DNA of 11,982 nt from Thermodesulfobacteriota bacterium (lineage in GTDB: Bacteria > Desulfobacterota_D > UBA1144 > Nemesobacterales > JAJCZQ01): contig CBDBDR010000007.1 of assembly GCA_965203965.1 (NCBI GenBank), positions 1 through 11,982 of the forward strand, written 5' to 3'. A model generated the notes under the pieces. That model did not search any database and had not been told where the DNA came from. It was given only the letters and a program-made list of their open reading frames with translations. Below are positions 11,440 through 11,982 of this stretch, one piece after another; the first letter of the stretch is position 1; each line of letters begins with the position of its first letter. A program made the position numbers and the translations under genes.

Positions 11440-11982
11440 CCCCGCCCACACTTGTTTGTAGACCTCTGTACGTCGGTTATAATTATCTGGCAAGCGCAGA
11501 ATGGTGATCCTACACGAGCTTGTCGTTATTCGAAGACTCCAGACAAATATGTGTTCTCCGTGATTCATACGGCGGGGCGATACTGAAGCTAGTGCTTGGT
11601 CACGTGCGCTAGCCACTGCTTGGTCACGTGCGTATTGCGCAATCACAATAATGGCGCCTAACACTTAGCTGACAATGGATCACGATCGAGAACTCGCGGA
11701 ATTTAGATCGTCGTTTCGCTAAAAACAATGTTCAAAAGGCACATGCCAGGAGAATTTCACGACTGTTCGTGGGTGTTTTGGTCTTGGCACTGCTCGCGTA
11801 AAGGCGCTAGGCAGGCGCGTGTCCAGAAATGAGGAGAGGGAGGTGCGCGCAAAATCTAATTAATATTCATGTATTCGTTAAATTACGTCATTTTCGTCAC
11901 TATTACAATGGCGCCCAGGATTGGTTCATCGCTGAACTAATGGCAAAAAAACAGCCTGAACTACCTTAGAGTGGGATTGGCA
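11440..11982. promoter_or_regulatory. CpG-rich promoter-like region
   Basis: GC box CCCCGCCC at 11440-11447; duplicated TGCTTGGTCACGTGCG at 11593-11608 and 11617-11632; two AATGGCGCC motifs; TTACGTCA at 11883-11890; ATTGG motifs. No convincing coding sequence. Confidence 0.45.

Noticed and set aside
11302..11664. 120-aa minus-strand ORF with an ARDQA repeat
   Set aside because: Non-ATG start and no recognisable domain; the peptide repeat is just the duplicated E-box 16-mer.

Overview
Compact, intron-rich animal genomic DNA. Most introns are about 45-95 nt; a demosponge-like origin is my inference from intron size, gene density and protein style. Seven protein-coding loci can be spliced by hand in about 10.5 kb. 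An ARL15 small GTPase lies on the minus strand and runs off the left edge; its second intron fully contains an antisense death-domain gene. A 9-exon endophilin-A is head-to-head with ARL15, and a 10-exon UBL7 lies further right. Three divergent paralogs of an unrecognised ~170-aa four-helix membrane protein, hidden from the ORF track, flank UBL7; their middle intron carries U12 (minor spliceosome) signals. Non-coding structure includes a tRNA-derived, CORE-like SINE inside a (GT)n tract, a ~320-bp segment present twice (~92% identical), a perfect 149-bp-arm palindrome directly abutting the second copy, and promoter-like regions with CACGTG boxes. All gene models are manual and unverified by transcripts.
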